From assembly GCA_963422735.1 (NCBI GenBank), contig OY730476.1, positions 192,001 to 256,000 on the forward strand: DNA of 64,000 bases, written 5' to 3'. A program made the position numbers and the translations under genes. Position 1 is the stretch's first letter, and the number at the start of each line of letters is the position of its first letter. Below are positions 30,880 to 41,110 of this stretch, piece by piece. The notes under the pieces were generated by a model. The model was not told where the DNA came from. It did no database searches and saw only the letters and a program-made list of their open reading frames with translations. The DNA comes from Candidatus Latescibacterota bacterium (GTDB lineage: Bacteria > Latescibacterota > UBA2968 > UBA8231).

Positions 30880-31261
30880 GGAAAAGCCTCCTCATTTCTA
30901 AGTAATGGTCGCTACGTTCGCGCCTAATTATGGACTGAGCCATTCCCGCTGTCAAGAGCGGAGAAAGGCCCCTCATCGCAGTTGGAATGAGCACCTGAGC
31001 GAGCCTGCTCGGGGCAGGTGCAACCCCGAAAAAAACGTCCTCGCGCCGCCATTGAGGGCCATGGCCCAGCCCCAAGGATGCCTCTAACCGGAGGGGGCTC
31101 ACCCTCATAAGGGGCAAACCGAGGAGAGAAAAGGTCTAGGTCGCCATCGCCATCTAAGTCGGTCAAGACGCCGCTCCCCTACATGCCCTAACCCCGGTGT
31201 AATCGGATAAAAGACCGGATACTATATATGGCCAACGACAGGCCGCATCAACAATTTCTCG

Positions 31262-32137
31262 TCAATCGCTTTCTATCTCCGCCTCCAAACTCCAATAGAC
31301 CGTTTCGATCCAGCGCTGCGTTGGCACGAAAGACCACTCCCACGACGCCCATTGAGAGCCGAGTCCTTCTGCGCGGATCTGGTCGAGGGACCTGCCCGCG
31401 CTCCGGCGCGTGCGTACGCTGGCCGTAGTTTCCACCAACATGCGATGATAGGTCTTCAGGTCGTCGAGGGTAGCGACCGGGCCGTGGCCGGGGATGATTT
31501 TCGCGTCCGCAGAAAGCTGATCGATGAGCGTGGCGATGTGTTGCGTCAGGGTCTCGACGTCGCCGCCGTACTCTAGATCGACAAAGGGGAAGAGGCCGTT
31601 GAAGAAGAGGTCGCCGAGATGGGCGATTTGAGCGTTGACAAAGAATACGGCGATGTCTCCGTCTGTGTGGCCGTGGGGAAAGTGAACGGCCCGGATTTCC
31701 TCGCCGTTGAAGAACAGGGACGCCGACTGCTCAAACACAACCACTGGCAAGGCAACCGCCGGCGCAGGCTCAACGAACCGCTTGCCAAATTCACCGCCCG
31801 TCGCCAAGCGTTTGCGGGTGTTGACGTGGGCCAAAATCGTCACGTGCTGGCCAAAAGCGCGGTTGCCGCCGGTGTGGTCGGCGTGGAAATGCGTATTGAA
31901 GATGTACTGAGGCTGACCGGCAAAACGAACTAACACAGTGCGCACTGCATCGGCCTGCGACGCCAACTTGTCATCCACCAAAAGAATGCCATCGTCTCCG
32001 ACGCAAATCCCAACATTGCCGCCACCGCCTTGCAACACATACACCGCGTCGCTGAGCTGGTCCAGCGACAGCTCGGCAGCCGCTGGACCAGCCGCTAACA
32101 GTGCCACAATTAATGTTCGAGCATTTAATAAGCGCAT
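31262..32137 (-). CDS. Secreted MBL-fold metallo-hydrolase (cyclase-like)
   Basis: Signal peptide, THFHADHTGGN, GHTDGD, GDL, PGHG. Confidence 0.9.
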   Translation of the reverse strand: MRLLNARTLIVALLAAGPAAAELSLDQLSDAVYVLQGGGGNVGICVGDDGILLVDDKLASQADAVRTVLVRFAGQPQYIFNTHFHADHTGGNRAFGQHVTILAHVNTRKRLATGGEFGKRFVEPAPAVALPVVVFEQSASLFFNGEEIRAVHFPHGHTDGDIAVFFVNAQIAHLGDLFFNGLFPFVDLEYGGDVETLTQHIATLIDQLSADAKIIPGHGPVATLDDLKTYHRMLVETTASVRTRRSAGRSLDQIRAEGLGSQWASWEWSFVPTQRWIETVYWSLEAEIESD

Positions 32138-32259
32138 AGTTTTTCTCCGCGATTGCTGAGGAAGCATACCATATCTCTCCGGTCTCTTCGGTAGGAAACT
32201 CTTCGCTTCTCCGCACCTTTAGGCGTGCTCCTTACCTACTTACAAATGACGTAAACGGC

Positions 32260-33897
32260 TCACCGCTCGCTATTTCTCTCTTCTATCGTTACATACCGAT
32301 TGACCTGCAGGTCGGTAAAAATCTCGCAGTGCTGGTCGGGCCAGCGCACTTCGAGCGTATCGACCCGCTTGACGCGCCCTAGCCCGAAGTGGAGGCGGCG
32401 GTCCTCGCTGGAGAGAAAACTGCTGCCGCAGACGAGGTCGCGGATCTGCGTCCGCTTGCCAGAGACGAGTCGCACGCGGGCACCAATGCCATCGCGGTTG
32501 CCGCGCGTACCAACCAAGCGCAAGCCCAGCCAATTCTGCTGGCTGCCCACATCGTTCCGCAACAGCGAGGGCCGATCGTCGAGATTGGCAACAAATACAT
32601 CCAAGTCGCCGTCATCGTCAAAGTCGAACATGTTGGTTCCTCGGCTGACGCGGGCCTCCTCACGGCCGAGCGCGACCTTGGTAAAAATGCCGTCGCCAAC
32701 ATTGGCAAAAAGATGATTGGGTTGGGCATACGCACTGCCGCTACCGGCGCGGTCGATCTGCGGATACACGTGGCCATTGGCCACCAACAAATCGAGGTCG
32801 CCATCGTGGTCAAAGTCGAAAAACCCAGCGCCAAAACCCACGTGCGTCCCCCCCGTGTGTCCCAAGACAGCTTCCGCGCTGACATCCGCAAAGGTGCCGT
32901 CGCCCTCGTTGCGATAGAGAGTATTGTACTCGTCTTCAAAATGCGTGGCGAGCAAATCGGGGCGGCCGTCATTGTCGTAGTCGCCCCAAGCCACCCCCAT
33001 GCTCGCTTGGATTTGTCCGCTACGGCCATAGGCCAAGCGGGCCGGAAGGGAGCGGTCGATAAAGCGGCCATCGCCGCGATTGCGATAAAAAAAGTTCGGG
33101 CTGGAGTCATTGGCCACGAACAGGTCGGGCCAGCCGTCGGCATCCATGTCCACAAACAGTACGCCCAAGCCGTAGCCTGGAGAAGGGTGGTTGAGACGCG
33201 CCCAAGCGGTGATGTCGGCAAACTCGTCGCCGTCGTTGCGATAAAACACATCCGCGGCCCCCATTAATCCCCCTGGGCCGACAAAGACCTTCACCCCCTT
33301 CCATTGCGCCCCCAAGCGCTCGACCGCAGCGGAATCGAATACCGCATAGCTCGCCACGTACAGGTCGAGGTCGCCATCGCGGTCGTAGTCGGCCCAAGCC
33401 GCGCCCGTACTCCAATGGGGCATAGCCACGCCAGCTGCTGCGGCCACATCGACAAACTCGTCGCCGTCGTTGCGAAAGAGCAAATTCTCCCGCAATTGAG
33501 TCGCGTACAAGTCTTGGTCCCCATCGTTGTCAAAGTCCGCGCTGGTTGCGCCCATGCCCCAACCGCGGCCCGCGGTCCCAAACACCTCGCCCACATCAGC
33601 AAAGCCGGCTAGCCCATCGTTGCGGAAAAGCGCGTGGCCGCCGCCTTTGCCATTGACCCAGTAGAGGTCTTGGTCGCCGTCGCGATCAAAGTCGAGCGCG
33701 GCCGTGCCGCCGCCTTTGGCCTCGGGGATATAGCCCTTTTCCAAGCTGCCGCTCGTATGGACGCGGGTCAGGCCGAGTTCAGCGGCCACATCGACGAAGG
33801 GTGGAGGCTCGGCGGTAGCGCAGCACGTCCACAGGATGATTGCGCAGAGGCCGCTGGCTATGTTTGGGGAAAACGCGGGCACTAGAATCATTCCCAT
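32260..33897 (-). CDS. CRTAC1-family protein (FG-GAP/VCBS repeats + ASPIC/UnbV); start uncertain
   Basis: Repeated DxDxDGDxDL motifs; NRDGIGARV, LHFGLG, EVRWP. Confidence 0.9.
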   Translation of the reverse strand: MGMILVPAFSPNIASGLCAIILWTCCATAEPPPFVDVAAELGLTRVHTSGSLEKGYIPEAKGGGTAALDFDRDGDQDLYWVNGKGGGHALFRNDGLAGFADVGEVFGTAGRGWGMGATSADFDNDGDQDLYATQLRENLLFRNDGDEFVDVAAAAGVAMPHWSTGAAWADYDRDGDLDLYVASYAVFDSAAVERLGAQWKGVKVFVGPGGLMGAADVFYRNDGDEFADITAWARLNHPSPGYGLGVLFVDMDADGWPDLFVANDSSPNFFYRNRGDGRFIDRSLPARLAYGRSGQIQASMGVAWGDYDNDGRPDLLATHFEDEYNTLYRNEGDGTFADVSAEAVLGHTGGTHVGFGAGFFDFDHDGDLDLLVANGHVYPQIDRAGSGSAYAQPNHLFANVGDGIFTKVALGREEARVSRGTNMFDFDDDGDLDVFVANLDDRPSLLRNDVGSQQNWLGLRLVGTRGNRDGIGARVRLVSGKRTQIRDLVCGSSFLSSEDRRLHFGLGRVKRVDTLEVRWPDQHCEIFTDLQVNRYVTIEERNSER

Positions 33898-33931
33898 AGG
33901 GGCAGCCCTTGTGGGTGCCCTTTTTTAATTA

Positions 33932-34219
33932 CGGACTTTCTTTAATTAGTGGTTAGTGGTTAGTGGTTAGTGGTTAGGGGTTAGTGGTTAGGGGTTAGGG
34001 GTTAGTGGTTAGGGGTTAGGGGTTAGTGGTTAGGGGTTAGTGGTTAGTGGTTAGGGGTTAGTGGTTAGGGGTTAGGGGTTAGGGGTTAGGGGTCCGTCTC
34101 ATCCGCCCTCTTGGCGACTGGTCCCGGAACATTGACGCGGGGGACCGCGCTGGCCCGGACGAGGGCTACGGGCCAGCCGAGTGAAACCGGAATTCCCAAC
34201 CGTACACTAGGAAATTCCG
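33932..34219 (-). mobile_element. MITE copy A2 with internal (TTAGKGG)21 array
   Basis: Reverse complement begins CGGAATTTCCTAGTGTACGGTTGGG, as at 1382, and ends GAAAGTCCG; 127-bp body closely matches A1; no matching target duplication. Confidence 0.8.
33946..34092. repeat. Telomere-like heptamer array, 21 mixed TTAGTGG/TTAGGGG units
   Basis: Read directly, 147 bp (10 T-type and 11 G-type units). Confidence 0.95.
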
Positions 34220-34272
34220 ATAGAATATATAGGACGGCCACAAAGGCCGAGGATGGGCGTATGAGACAGCTA

Positions 34273-36765
34273 TTAGTACACGCTAGCGACGAGTTTGGTG
34301 CTTGTCGTTTGCTCGCCTTCGGCGTCAACTTCCACACCGACGCGACACAAATACAGTCCTGGCGGCAGCAGCCGGCCCTGTCGGTCCCGCCCATCCCAAG
34401 TCAGCCGCTGGACCCCCGCAGCGGTCGCGGCCGCCTGCTCTACGCGCTGCACCGATTGGCCGCCTAGGCCATAGACTTCGAGAATCAACGCCTTGGCTCC
34501 CTGCACTTGGAACACCGGAAAGACCAATTCCACCACGTCGTTGATCCCGTCCCCATTGGGCGTAAACGGATTGGACGACGCGGCCACCTCACCCAAAACT
34601 GCCTTGGTAAAGGGCGCGAACACGGTCAGGCCGCGGCCCGCGTTGACTCGGCTATCTACGCGCTGCCACACTTGGTCGGTCCCTTGGCCGTGCCCGACCT
34701 GCACCTCAAAGGCGTTGCTCACCAAATAGAGCGCGCCGGAAAAGCGCAGCGACACGAGATCCTGCCCCTGCACGACCGGCGCGGGCAGCCGCACCCACAG
34801 CGAATCCGGGCCGGTCGGTAGCCTCTCTAGCTGATCGCGTCCATACTGCTCCTCACCCACGGCTCCGTCGATCAGGTCCATTTCCGCACCCGGCGGTAGC
34901 TCCACCAGCACTTGGTCGAACCCGCTGTTGCCTTCTTGGAACGCGGGCCGCAAGAGCAAGGTCAAGGTCTGCGGCTGCCCGCGCTGGGGCGTTCTGCTGG
35001 GGGTAATCTCGCCGCGGATCTGGCTGGCGAGGGGCGCATCCAGCGCGAGGCGCAGGGAGCGCAGCAACACGGCCGCGTCTGGATCGTCCGAGCGCAGGGT
35101 AGCCTCGATCATCACGTAGCGGCGCGGATTCGGCGAAGTGATGGGCGCGCCCGGGGTCGCATAAGGAAAACTCCAAGGGCTCCAATCCGGGCCGGGGATG
35201 ACGGTAGTGGTTGAATCGCCGCGCTGAAAGCTGAGCAATTTGCGGTACTTGGCCTCGTTCACTTCTTGGCCCGTGCTCGAGAAGTAGCGGATTTGCTGGT
35301 CGAGTTGGTTCCCACTGCGGGTGCGGACGCGCACTTGAGTGACAGGCGGCGCGTTGGCCGTCCAGTGCATGGCCGACAGAATGCGGGCCGTGCGCCCCAA
35401 TTCGATCGGCTCAGATGTGAGCGATACCTCGGGGAGAAAGCCGCGTCCGTATAGCTGGAGCTCGCGGATGGCCGGGCGGGCCGATCCCTTGACCAAGGTG
35501 TAATCCATCCTGAAGTAACGCGCCTTGGTCAGCGGAAACACATTGTCCTGAAAGAGAATGCTGCGATGCGTGGTCGCCTCGCCACCTTCTTGGCCGCGCG
35601 CCGTCAATGCGACGTAACTCAAGCTGCCGTCCGGTGCGCGGCTGCCGTCGGAAAGCCCGATCACGTAATTGGGAAACGCTTGGCTATACCTATCGCCAAA
35701 GACGATGGCGGCGCGATTCACCCAGTACCAGGTTCCCAAGTCGAAATAGATATTGCGATGCGGATCCTGAAATACAACCGCCGGGTCGGTGGTGTTAAAG
35801 CCCACTTCCACGCTCCAGAAAGATCCCCACTGGCCATCGACAGTTAGCTTTTCCGCGCCCAAGTTGCCGTAGCCGATAATCTCCCCGCCGCGGGCTATAG
35901 CGCCAAGGCTAATGTTGTCGCCCGCGGTCCATACCTCAATTTCGGTCAGCCGCGGCCTTTCCCGGCGGTAGTATTCGACCGGACCTTGCCATTCCGTCTC
36001 GATGGCCTCGTATGTAGCTTGATCTACCTGCCGCAAAACGCCGGAAGACTCGCGGCGGAAGTAGAGCACATCGCCGCGCTCTTCCTCCGGTAGGCTGTTC
36101 CAGCGTGCGGCACTGATTTGCTCGGCTTGGCCCAAGTCGCTGGCCGTCGCCACCACCTGGAGAAACTGAATCAGACGACCGGTAAGCCCCGGGTCCACTT
36201 TTCGCGTAGGCTGCAACTCGAACTCATAGACGCGCTGCGATTTGTTTAATCCCTTGCTGTGGCCGGCTGGCAAGTAGTTGAAGGACCCGCTTTGCAGGAA
36301 GGCGGGATCGCCGTTGGCGGTGAGCACCTTGAACTGGAGGAATGGATCGCCTTGGCCTTCAACGGCGAATTTCACCACCACCTTTTGCGCCCATACCAGC
36401 CGCCCTAAGTCGATTTCGATCCACCACTTGTCGAGTGCATCCGCTAAGTCTGGTTCCCAGAAGGTATCCTCCCGGCCATCTAGGATGTTCGCGGCCCCTG
36501 CTGGGTTGGTTCCAGCATGGCGGATGCCGCCCTGTACTCCATCCCCATAGGTGAACCCGCTAGCGTCCAAGGCGGCGTTGATCTGCTCGCGGACCAATGC
36601 AGGCTGGACGCCCTCGGCACTGAAGTCCAAACTGCCCGGCGGGAAGTTCCACGCCGGCCAATGCTCTGGGGCGACGTTCAACTCGTTCTCGTCGAGTTGG
36701 TACGCTTGGCACCACGCCGAAGACGCCATCAGCAGGGCTATGCCCACAATCGCAACGCTTTTCAC
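34273..36765 (-). CDS. Large secreted protein, discoidin-like domains + C-terminal FlgD-Ig/T9SS-type sorting domain (paralog 1)
   Basis: Signal peptide; LDGREDTFWEP, WWIEIDLG; NPFTPNGDGIND, WDGRDRQGRLLPPGLYLCRV. Confidence 0.8.
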   Translation of the reverse strand: MKSVAIVGIALLMASSAWCQAYQLDENELNVAPEHWPAWNFPPGSLDFSAEGVQPALVREQINAALDASGFTYGDGVQGGIRHAGTNPAGAANILDGREDTFWEPDLADALDKWWIEIDLGRLVWAQKVVVKFAVEGQGDPFLQFKVLTANGDPAFLQSGSFNYLPAGHSKGLNKSQRVYEFELQPTRKVDPGLTGRLIQFLQVVATASDLGQAEQISAARWNSLPEEERGDVLYFRRESSGVLRQVDQATYEAIETEWQGPVEYYRRERPRLTEIEVWTAGDNISLGAIARGGEIIGYGNLGAEKLTVDGQWGSFWSVEVGFNTTDPAVVFQDPHRNIYFDLGTWYWVNRAAIVFGDRYSQAFPNYVIGLSDGSRAPDGSLSYVALTARGQEGGEATTHRSILFQDNVFPLTKARYFRMDYTLVKGSARPAIRELQLYGRGFLPEVSLTSEPIELGRTARILSAMHWTANAPPVTQVRVRTRSGNQLDQQIRYFSSTGQEVNEAKYRKLLSFQRGDSTTTVIPGPDWSPWSFPYATPGAPITSPNPRRYVMIEATLRSDDPDAAVLLRSLRLALDAPLASQIRGEITPSRTPQRGQPQTLTLLLRPAFQEGNSGFDQVLVELPPGAEMDLIDGAVGEEQYGRDQLERLPTGPDSLWVRLPAPVVQGQDLVSLRFSGALYLVSNAFEVQVGHGQGTDQVWQRVDSRVNAGRGLTVFAPFTKAVLGEVAASSNPFTPNGDGINDVVELVFPVFQVQGAKALILEVYGLGGQSVQRVEQAAATAAGVQRLTWDGRDRQGRLLPPGLYLCRVGVEVDAEGEQTTSTKLVASVY

Positions 36766-36833
36766 AGTAGTACCTCAATCCCAAAATGAGCCGCTCCAAT
36801 ACGGATTCTCCACTCACAATTCGCAATTCGCAA

Positions 36834-36943
36834 CTGCCGTTACGCACGGATGGTTTAGGAATGAGATGCTGGGGACGCTAGGGTCGTGTCATGCTGAGCG
36901 CAGCCGAAGGAAACACCAACGTCTCAACGCTGCGTAACATCAC
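36834..36943. mobile_element. Degenerate MITE copy B2
   Basis: Ends CTGCCGTTACGCA and TGCGTAACATCAC resemble the TIRs of 51582..51801; flanks TTCGCAA/TTCGTAA; internal GTCATGCTGAGCGCAGCCGAAG. Confidence 0.55.
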
Positions 36944-36951
36944 TTCGTAAT

Positions 36952-38073
36952 TCAATACGAATCCCCCACTTGCCAGCGGTGCCTTTCCACTCCATCCATA
37001 TCCAGTTCAATCCCAAAACCCGGCCCTTCTGGCAACACAATGCAACTGCCCACCACCTGCAGCGGCTCGGTGATGATCTCGTCCCGCCACGCAATGCCGG
37101 TGACAAACTCCATGGGGGCTACATTCGGTATGGAGGCCATCAAATGCGCGGCCGCTATGATGCCGATCGGGCCTTTGGTGTTGTGCGGCGATATGGGGAC
37201 GTGAAAAGTGTCGGCAATGGCCGCGATTTTGCGGACCTCAGTGATCCCACCGGCGTACATCAGGTCGGGCTGCGCCACGTCAATGCCGTCTAGGTCCAAC
37301 AATTGACGGTAGTGACTCTTGGTGTTGAGCCGCTCGCTGCCCATGACCGGAATGGAGATTTCCCGCCGCACCTTGGGGTAGGCGTGTAGGTCTTCCGGCG
37401 GCACGGGATCTTCAAACACGTAGAGGTCGTACGGTTCTATCGCACGGGCCAAGCGGATACACTGGGCCACCGTGAAGCGGCCGTGGCAATCGATCAATAG
37501 CTTGACATCCGGCCCCACCGCATCCCGCACCGCAGCGAAGTGGGCGGCCGTCTCGGCCGGATGGCCGTCGTCCGCGTACTGACCAAAGCTGCACCGGTTC
37601 CGCGTACGCGCTCCGCCCTTGAGCGCGGTGTACCCTTCATCCACCTTTTCCCGCGCCATTTTCGCCGAATCCTCGGGCGTGGCACCGCCAAAGTGCGTAT
37701 AGAGCTCGACCCGGTCTCGGAATTTGCCGCCCAACAGCTCGACTACCGGCAGGTTCGCCACCTTGCCCTTGATGTCCCACAGGGCTTGGTCAATGCCGCT
37801 CATGGCGCTCATCCACACAGGCCCTGCCATGCGCCAGATGCCGCTCAGCGAGGAGCGCAGATAGAGCTTGTGCCACAAGTACTCGATGCGCGCCGGGTCT
37901 TCGCCGATCAACTCCTGCTTGAGGTGCTCAACCGCAGAGACTACCACCGGCTCCTTGTTGGAATACGTGGCCTCGCCCAAGCCCACTAGGCCCTCGTCTG
38001 TAAAGACCCGCACAATAGTCCATTTGCGGCCCGGCGAGTCAATCAGAATGGTATCAATATCATGTATTTTCAT
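36952..38073 (-). CDS. Mandelate racemase/muconate lactonizing enzyme family (galactonate dehydratase-like)
   Basis: GLGEA, SGIDQALWDIKGK, LIDCHG, FEDP, GSER, QPDL..AGGITE, PHN. Confidence 0.9.
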   Translation of the reverse strand: MKIHDIDTILIDSPGRKWTIVRVFTDEGLVGLGEATYSNKEPVVVSAVEHLKQELIGEDPARIEYLWHKLYLRSSLSGIWRMAGPVWMSAMSGIDQALWDIKGKVANLPVVELLGGKFRDRVELYTHFGGATPEDSAKMAREKVDEGYTALKGGARTRNRCSFGQYADDGHPAETAAHFAAVRDAVGPDVKLLIDCHGRFTVAQCIRLARAIEPYDLYVFEDPVPPEDLHAYPKVRREISIPVMGSERLNTKSHYRQLLDLDGIDVAQPDLMYAGGITEVRKIAAIADTFHVPISPHNTKGPIGIIAAAHLMASIPNVAPMEFVTGIAWRDEIITEPLQVVGSCIVLPEGPGFGIELDMDGVERHRWQVGDSY

Positions 38074-38782
38074 CGGTTCCCTATTTTTCCTTTGGAGGAT
38101 AGGCCGGCATGAAAGGCCATATCAGTCATCGCTCATCGTCCACTTTGCAAACTCCCTTATGTAGAAGGGCCGAGAGGAATAGGCCGGCAGCCAATCTCTT
38201 GGTTTCTGTCATGGACCGATGCATATCAATCTCCTTTCGCACTCAGCGACGCAGGCGGGCGTTTTCAATCAAACAGCGGCGACACTTCTTGCGCCACAAT
38301 GCGAGTTGCTTCTTGGTAAAACTCATCGAGAATGGACTCGTCGTCCGACCTGAAGTCCTTCACGAAGTCCTTATTGATGATGAGTGTCTGCTCCAGTATT
38401 GCTTCGTCCTTGAGTGCATCCTGCACTACCAACTGCACTTGGGAGCTTAATCTCTGTAGTTCGGTATTAAAGCTATAGAAACCAACCATGTACCAGTTTA
38501 CAATGTAATCCAAGGTGTAGCGAATGTCCTTGGCCGAGGGATCCGTGATCTAGCGGACGCGGCTGAGCCATCTGAGCTCGTCCAAGAGGGCTGGTCGAAC
38601 CGACTCATGCAGTGCTAGTATTTTTTTCTTAGCCTTCATTTTTCTCTGCGTAGAGACCTTAAATATCCTGAAAAAGGTGTCACTGCTTCCTTGACCGTGA
38701 AACTGAACCAGATGTAGGATTGCTATACCTAGATGCCCATGCGTAACGTCCATTGGACTTCTGTCGCGTAGTAAGCTCCTTG

Positions 38783-40771
38783 TCAAATCTGAGTCAGAAA
38801 GCTGCCTACATGCCCGGTGATGTAATCGGCCATTAGCCAGACGCCGGCCGCGACCACTTCTCCGAGGATCAGCCCTAGAAAGAACGGACGCAAGCTTCGG
38901 TACAGTCGCGGCCCCCCATACTTGAGAATCACCAGCTTGAGCAGCCAAGCTATGAACGCACTGACAAAAATGTGGCCGGTCTTCCAGTTCGCACTAATGG
39001 CGTAGCCGAGCGGATTGAGAGGCCACCACAGCAGGTGGTGCCGCATCCACATCAGCACGGCCATCACCCCGCCTCCGACCGCCATGAACAGCCACGCGTC
39101 GAGGCGCGGGCCGGTCAATTCCGCCGCAATGCGCGGGGCCATGTCCTTGGGGCCGTACGTAGCGGCCCCCCAGCCAAAGAACAGGCCGTTGAGGTTGATT
39201 CCGCCATATTTGTACGCCAACGCCATGGTAACGTACGAAGAGCCGACCAAGCTGACGACAATGGCGATAATCACCGCCCAGAACAGCCGCCGCTTCCCGC
39301 CCTTGATCACCTCGCTCATCTTCAGGCCATTGGCTACCGACGACATGACAAACGAGCGGATCTCCGAGTGCCAGCCATAAGAAAACCCCAAGGCCACCAA
39401 GCCAGAGGCCCCCAAGCTGGAAGCACCGGCACCGGAAATCACAAAGGTCGAGGTCATAATGGGGGGGCGCATCGCCGGAATGCCTCCTTCGGCGACCACC
39501 CGCGTTAGGCCCAAAAACAGCACCATCGCCCCAAAGATGAACATCGCCACGCCCAACGGCGGCAGTCCGGCCATCCACAGGCCCAACCCCACCAAGCCGA
39601 GCGACGCCAGCAGTCCGCAGGTGGCCTGCCGGTAAGACAGGATTTCGTCGGTATCTTCTACATCCAGATCGTCGTGCCACGCTTTCCGCCACACAGCCCG
39701 CAAGTGCCCGCGCGACACCCACAGCCCGATCAGCACGAAGACGATCATCGCCCCCATGCCCTGATGGGCTAGGTACGGCTCCCGCGAGTACAGATCCATC
39801 CGCTCCGTGCTTTGCATCCCGAGGACGTTGAAAACGCCTCGCTGCACCGTGGTCAGGATGTAGAACACCCAGATGGACGCGGAAATATCCAAGTTGACAA
39901 AGTAAAAAAAGCCGATCCAAGGCGGACTAAACCACAGGTCCAGGCGCACACTATCGCGGAATAGGGGGAGCGACGCATTCCGCACAATCCCGGGCACCTC
40001 CGGGAAATAGGCGTGTAGTCCATTGACGCTGAGCGAGACAAATGCGAACGCAAATCCCAGCCACATCGTCTTATTAGTAAAAAACGCCCGCCCAATAGCC
40101 CGCCCCTGCTCGCGCTGAATCATCTCCATCGGCACCTGTACCAACGGATACGCTAGCTTTTCTCGATCTACCCATTGCTTGCGCAGGATGACCATCGTGC
40201 AAATCATCGCTGCACTAAGTGCCAAGAAAAAGCTGTACCAATAGGTCAGCGGTAGCACCCACGCGCTCCAAGGGATGGCGGCCCCTTCCGGCAGCCCTTC
40301 AAAGAAGTAGCGCGCCACGTTTTCGCCGCGCGGGATCATCCACGTGGGGATGTACTGATTGTATAAAAAGTCCCAGTTGTTCTCCGGCGTCGCATAGTAC
40401 GTAGAGCCGACCAGACAGGGGATGATAAACTGGGTAAACCCCATCCCGGGAATGCAGCAAGCGACCACCAACATGACGTAGATGGTAATCAGCTCGGATT
40501 GGGTCAGGGCTAAGGAGCGGCGCAGGCAGTACACGAGGCCGCTGGCGGGTACTAAAAAGAAGAAAAAGAAGAGCGCAGCCGGCGTACTAAAATTTAAGGT
40601 CAGGTACGAGCCGCGAATGATGGTCGTCGCGTACGCGTCTAAACCATTGAGCAGAAAGGCGAGCACTGCGCCGATCAGGATGCCCCGCGCGGGGATGCTG
40701 GCGAGACTCTGCTGCCCTTCCTCCGCCGAGTTCACCCATTCGAGGTATGCTGGAGGAATCTGCTTTTTCAA
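38783..40771 (-). CDS. DUF6785/DUF6784 polytopic membrane protein (putative transporter)
   Basis: Many TM segments; RKQWVDREKLAYPL, WWPLNPLGY, KYGG..LYR..RPFFLGLILG. Confidence 0.8.
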   Translation of the reverse strand: MKKQIPPAYLEWVNSAEEGQQSLASIPARGILIGAVLAFLLNGLDAYATTIIRGSYLTLNFSTPAALFFFFFLVPASGLVYCLRRSLALTQSELITIYVMLVVACCIPGMGFTQFIIPCLVGSTYYATPENNWDFLYNQYIPTWMIPRGENVARYFFEGLPEGAAIPWSAWVLPLTYWYSFFLALSAAMICTMVILRKQWVDREKLAYPLVQVPMEMIQREQGRAIGRAFFTNKTMWLGFAFAFVSLSVNGLHAYFPEVPGIVRNASLPLFRDSVRLDLWFSPPWIGFFYFVNLDISASIWVFYILTTVQRGVFNVLGMQSTERMDLYSREPYLAHQGMGAMIVFVLIGLWVSRGHLRAVWRKAWHDDLDVEDTDEILSYRQATCGLLASLGLVGLGLWMAGLPPLGVAMFIFGAMVLFLGLTRVVAEGGIPAMRPPIMTSTFVISGAGASSLGASGLVALGFSYGWHSEIRSFVMSSVANGLKMSEVIKGGKRRLFWAVIIAIVVSLVGSSYVTMALAYKYGGINLNGLFFGWGAATYGPKDMAPRIAAELTGPRLDAWLFMAVGGGVMAVLMWMRHHLLWWPLNPLGYAISANWKTGHIFVSAFIAWLLKLVILKYGGPRLYRSLRPFFLGLILGEVVAAGVWLMADYITGHVGSFLTQI

Positions 40772-40816
40772 TTCCGTTTACCTCGGCCATAGTTCAAATT
40801 CAGTACCAGGATCTTG

Positions 40817-41110
40817 CTACTCGGCTACAACCGCCTTTTCCAAGACTTCTTGAATGTAGCCATTCAAGTTGAGGTGACGACGAGCGGCGTTCAAAGCCAT
40901 GCGACGATGCAGTTTAGGGCTTGCCTGAATCACGATGTTGCCCGAGAAAGGTTCTTCCTGATCCTTTCCTTGTTCTTGGCAAAATGCAAGGTACTCCTCT
41001 CTTTTCTAAGTTCCTTTACCGATGATCCGCAAGTTGATCACCGTTCCGTGAAATGCGTCAATTTCCGGATCAAACGAAACAACTCCCAGATATCCTTTGT
41101 ATTCGATCAT
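40817..41110 (-). pseudogene. hicB: HicB antitoxin, deleted and frameshifted
   Basis: MIEYKGYLGVVSFDPEIDAFHGTVINL..., EEYLAFCQEQGK, PKLHRRMALNAARRHLNLNGYI in broken frames. Confidence 0.75.

Noticed and set aside
30924-31166. 80-aa ORF starting TDLDGDGDLDLF
   Set aside because: A single FG-GAP-like motif followed by non-homologous sequence; at most a small remnant.
33896-33926. AGGGGCAGCCCTTGTGGGTGCCC-T6 hairpin as a terminator
   Set aside because: Its T-tract is on the + strand, where no gene ends; more likely a lone GTAG-type REP-like palindrome, with too little support.
33946-34092. Eukaryotic telomere contamination
   Set aside because: The array is internal, has 7-nt periodicity, is bounded by the MITE ends, and the same unit recurs at 44628.
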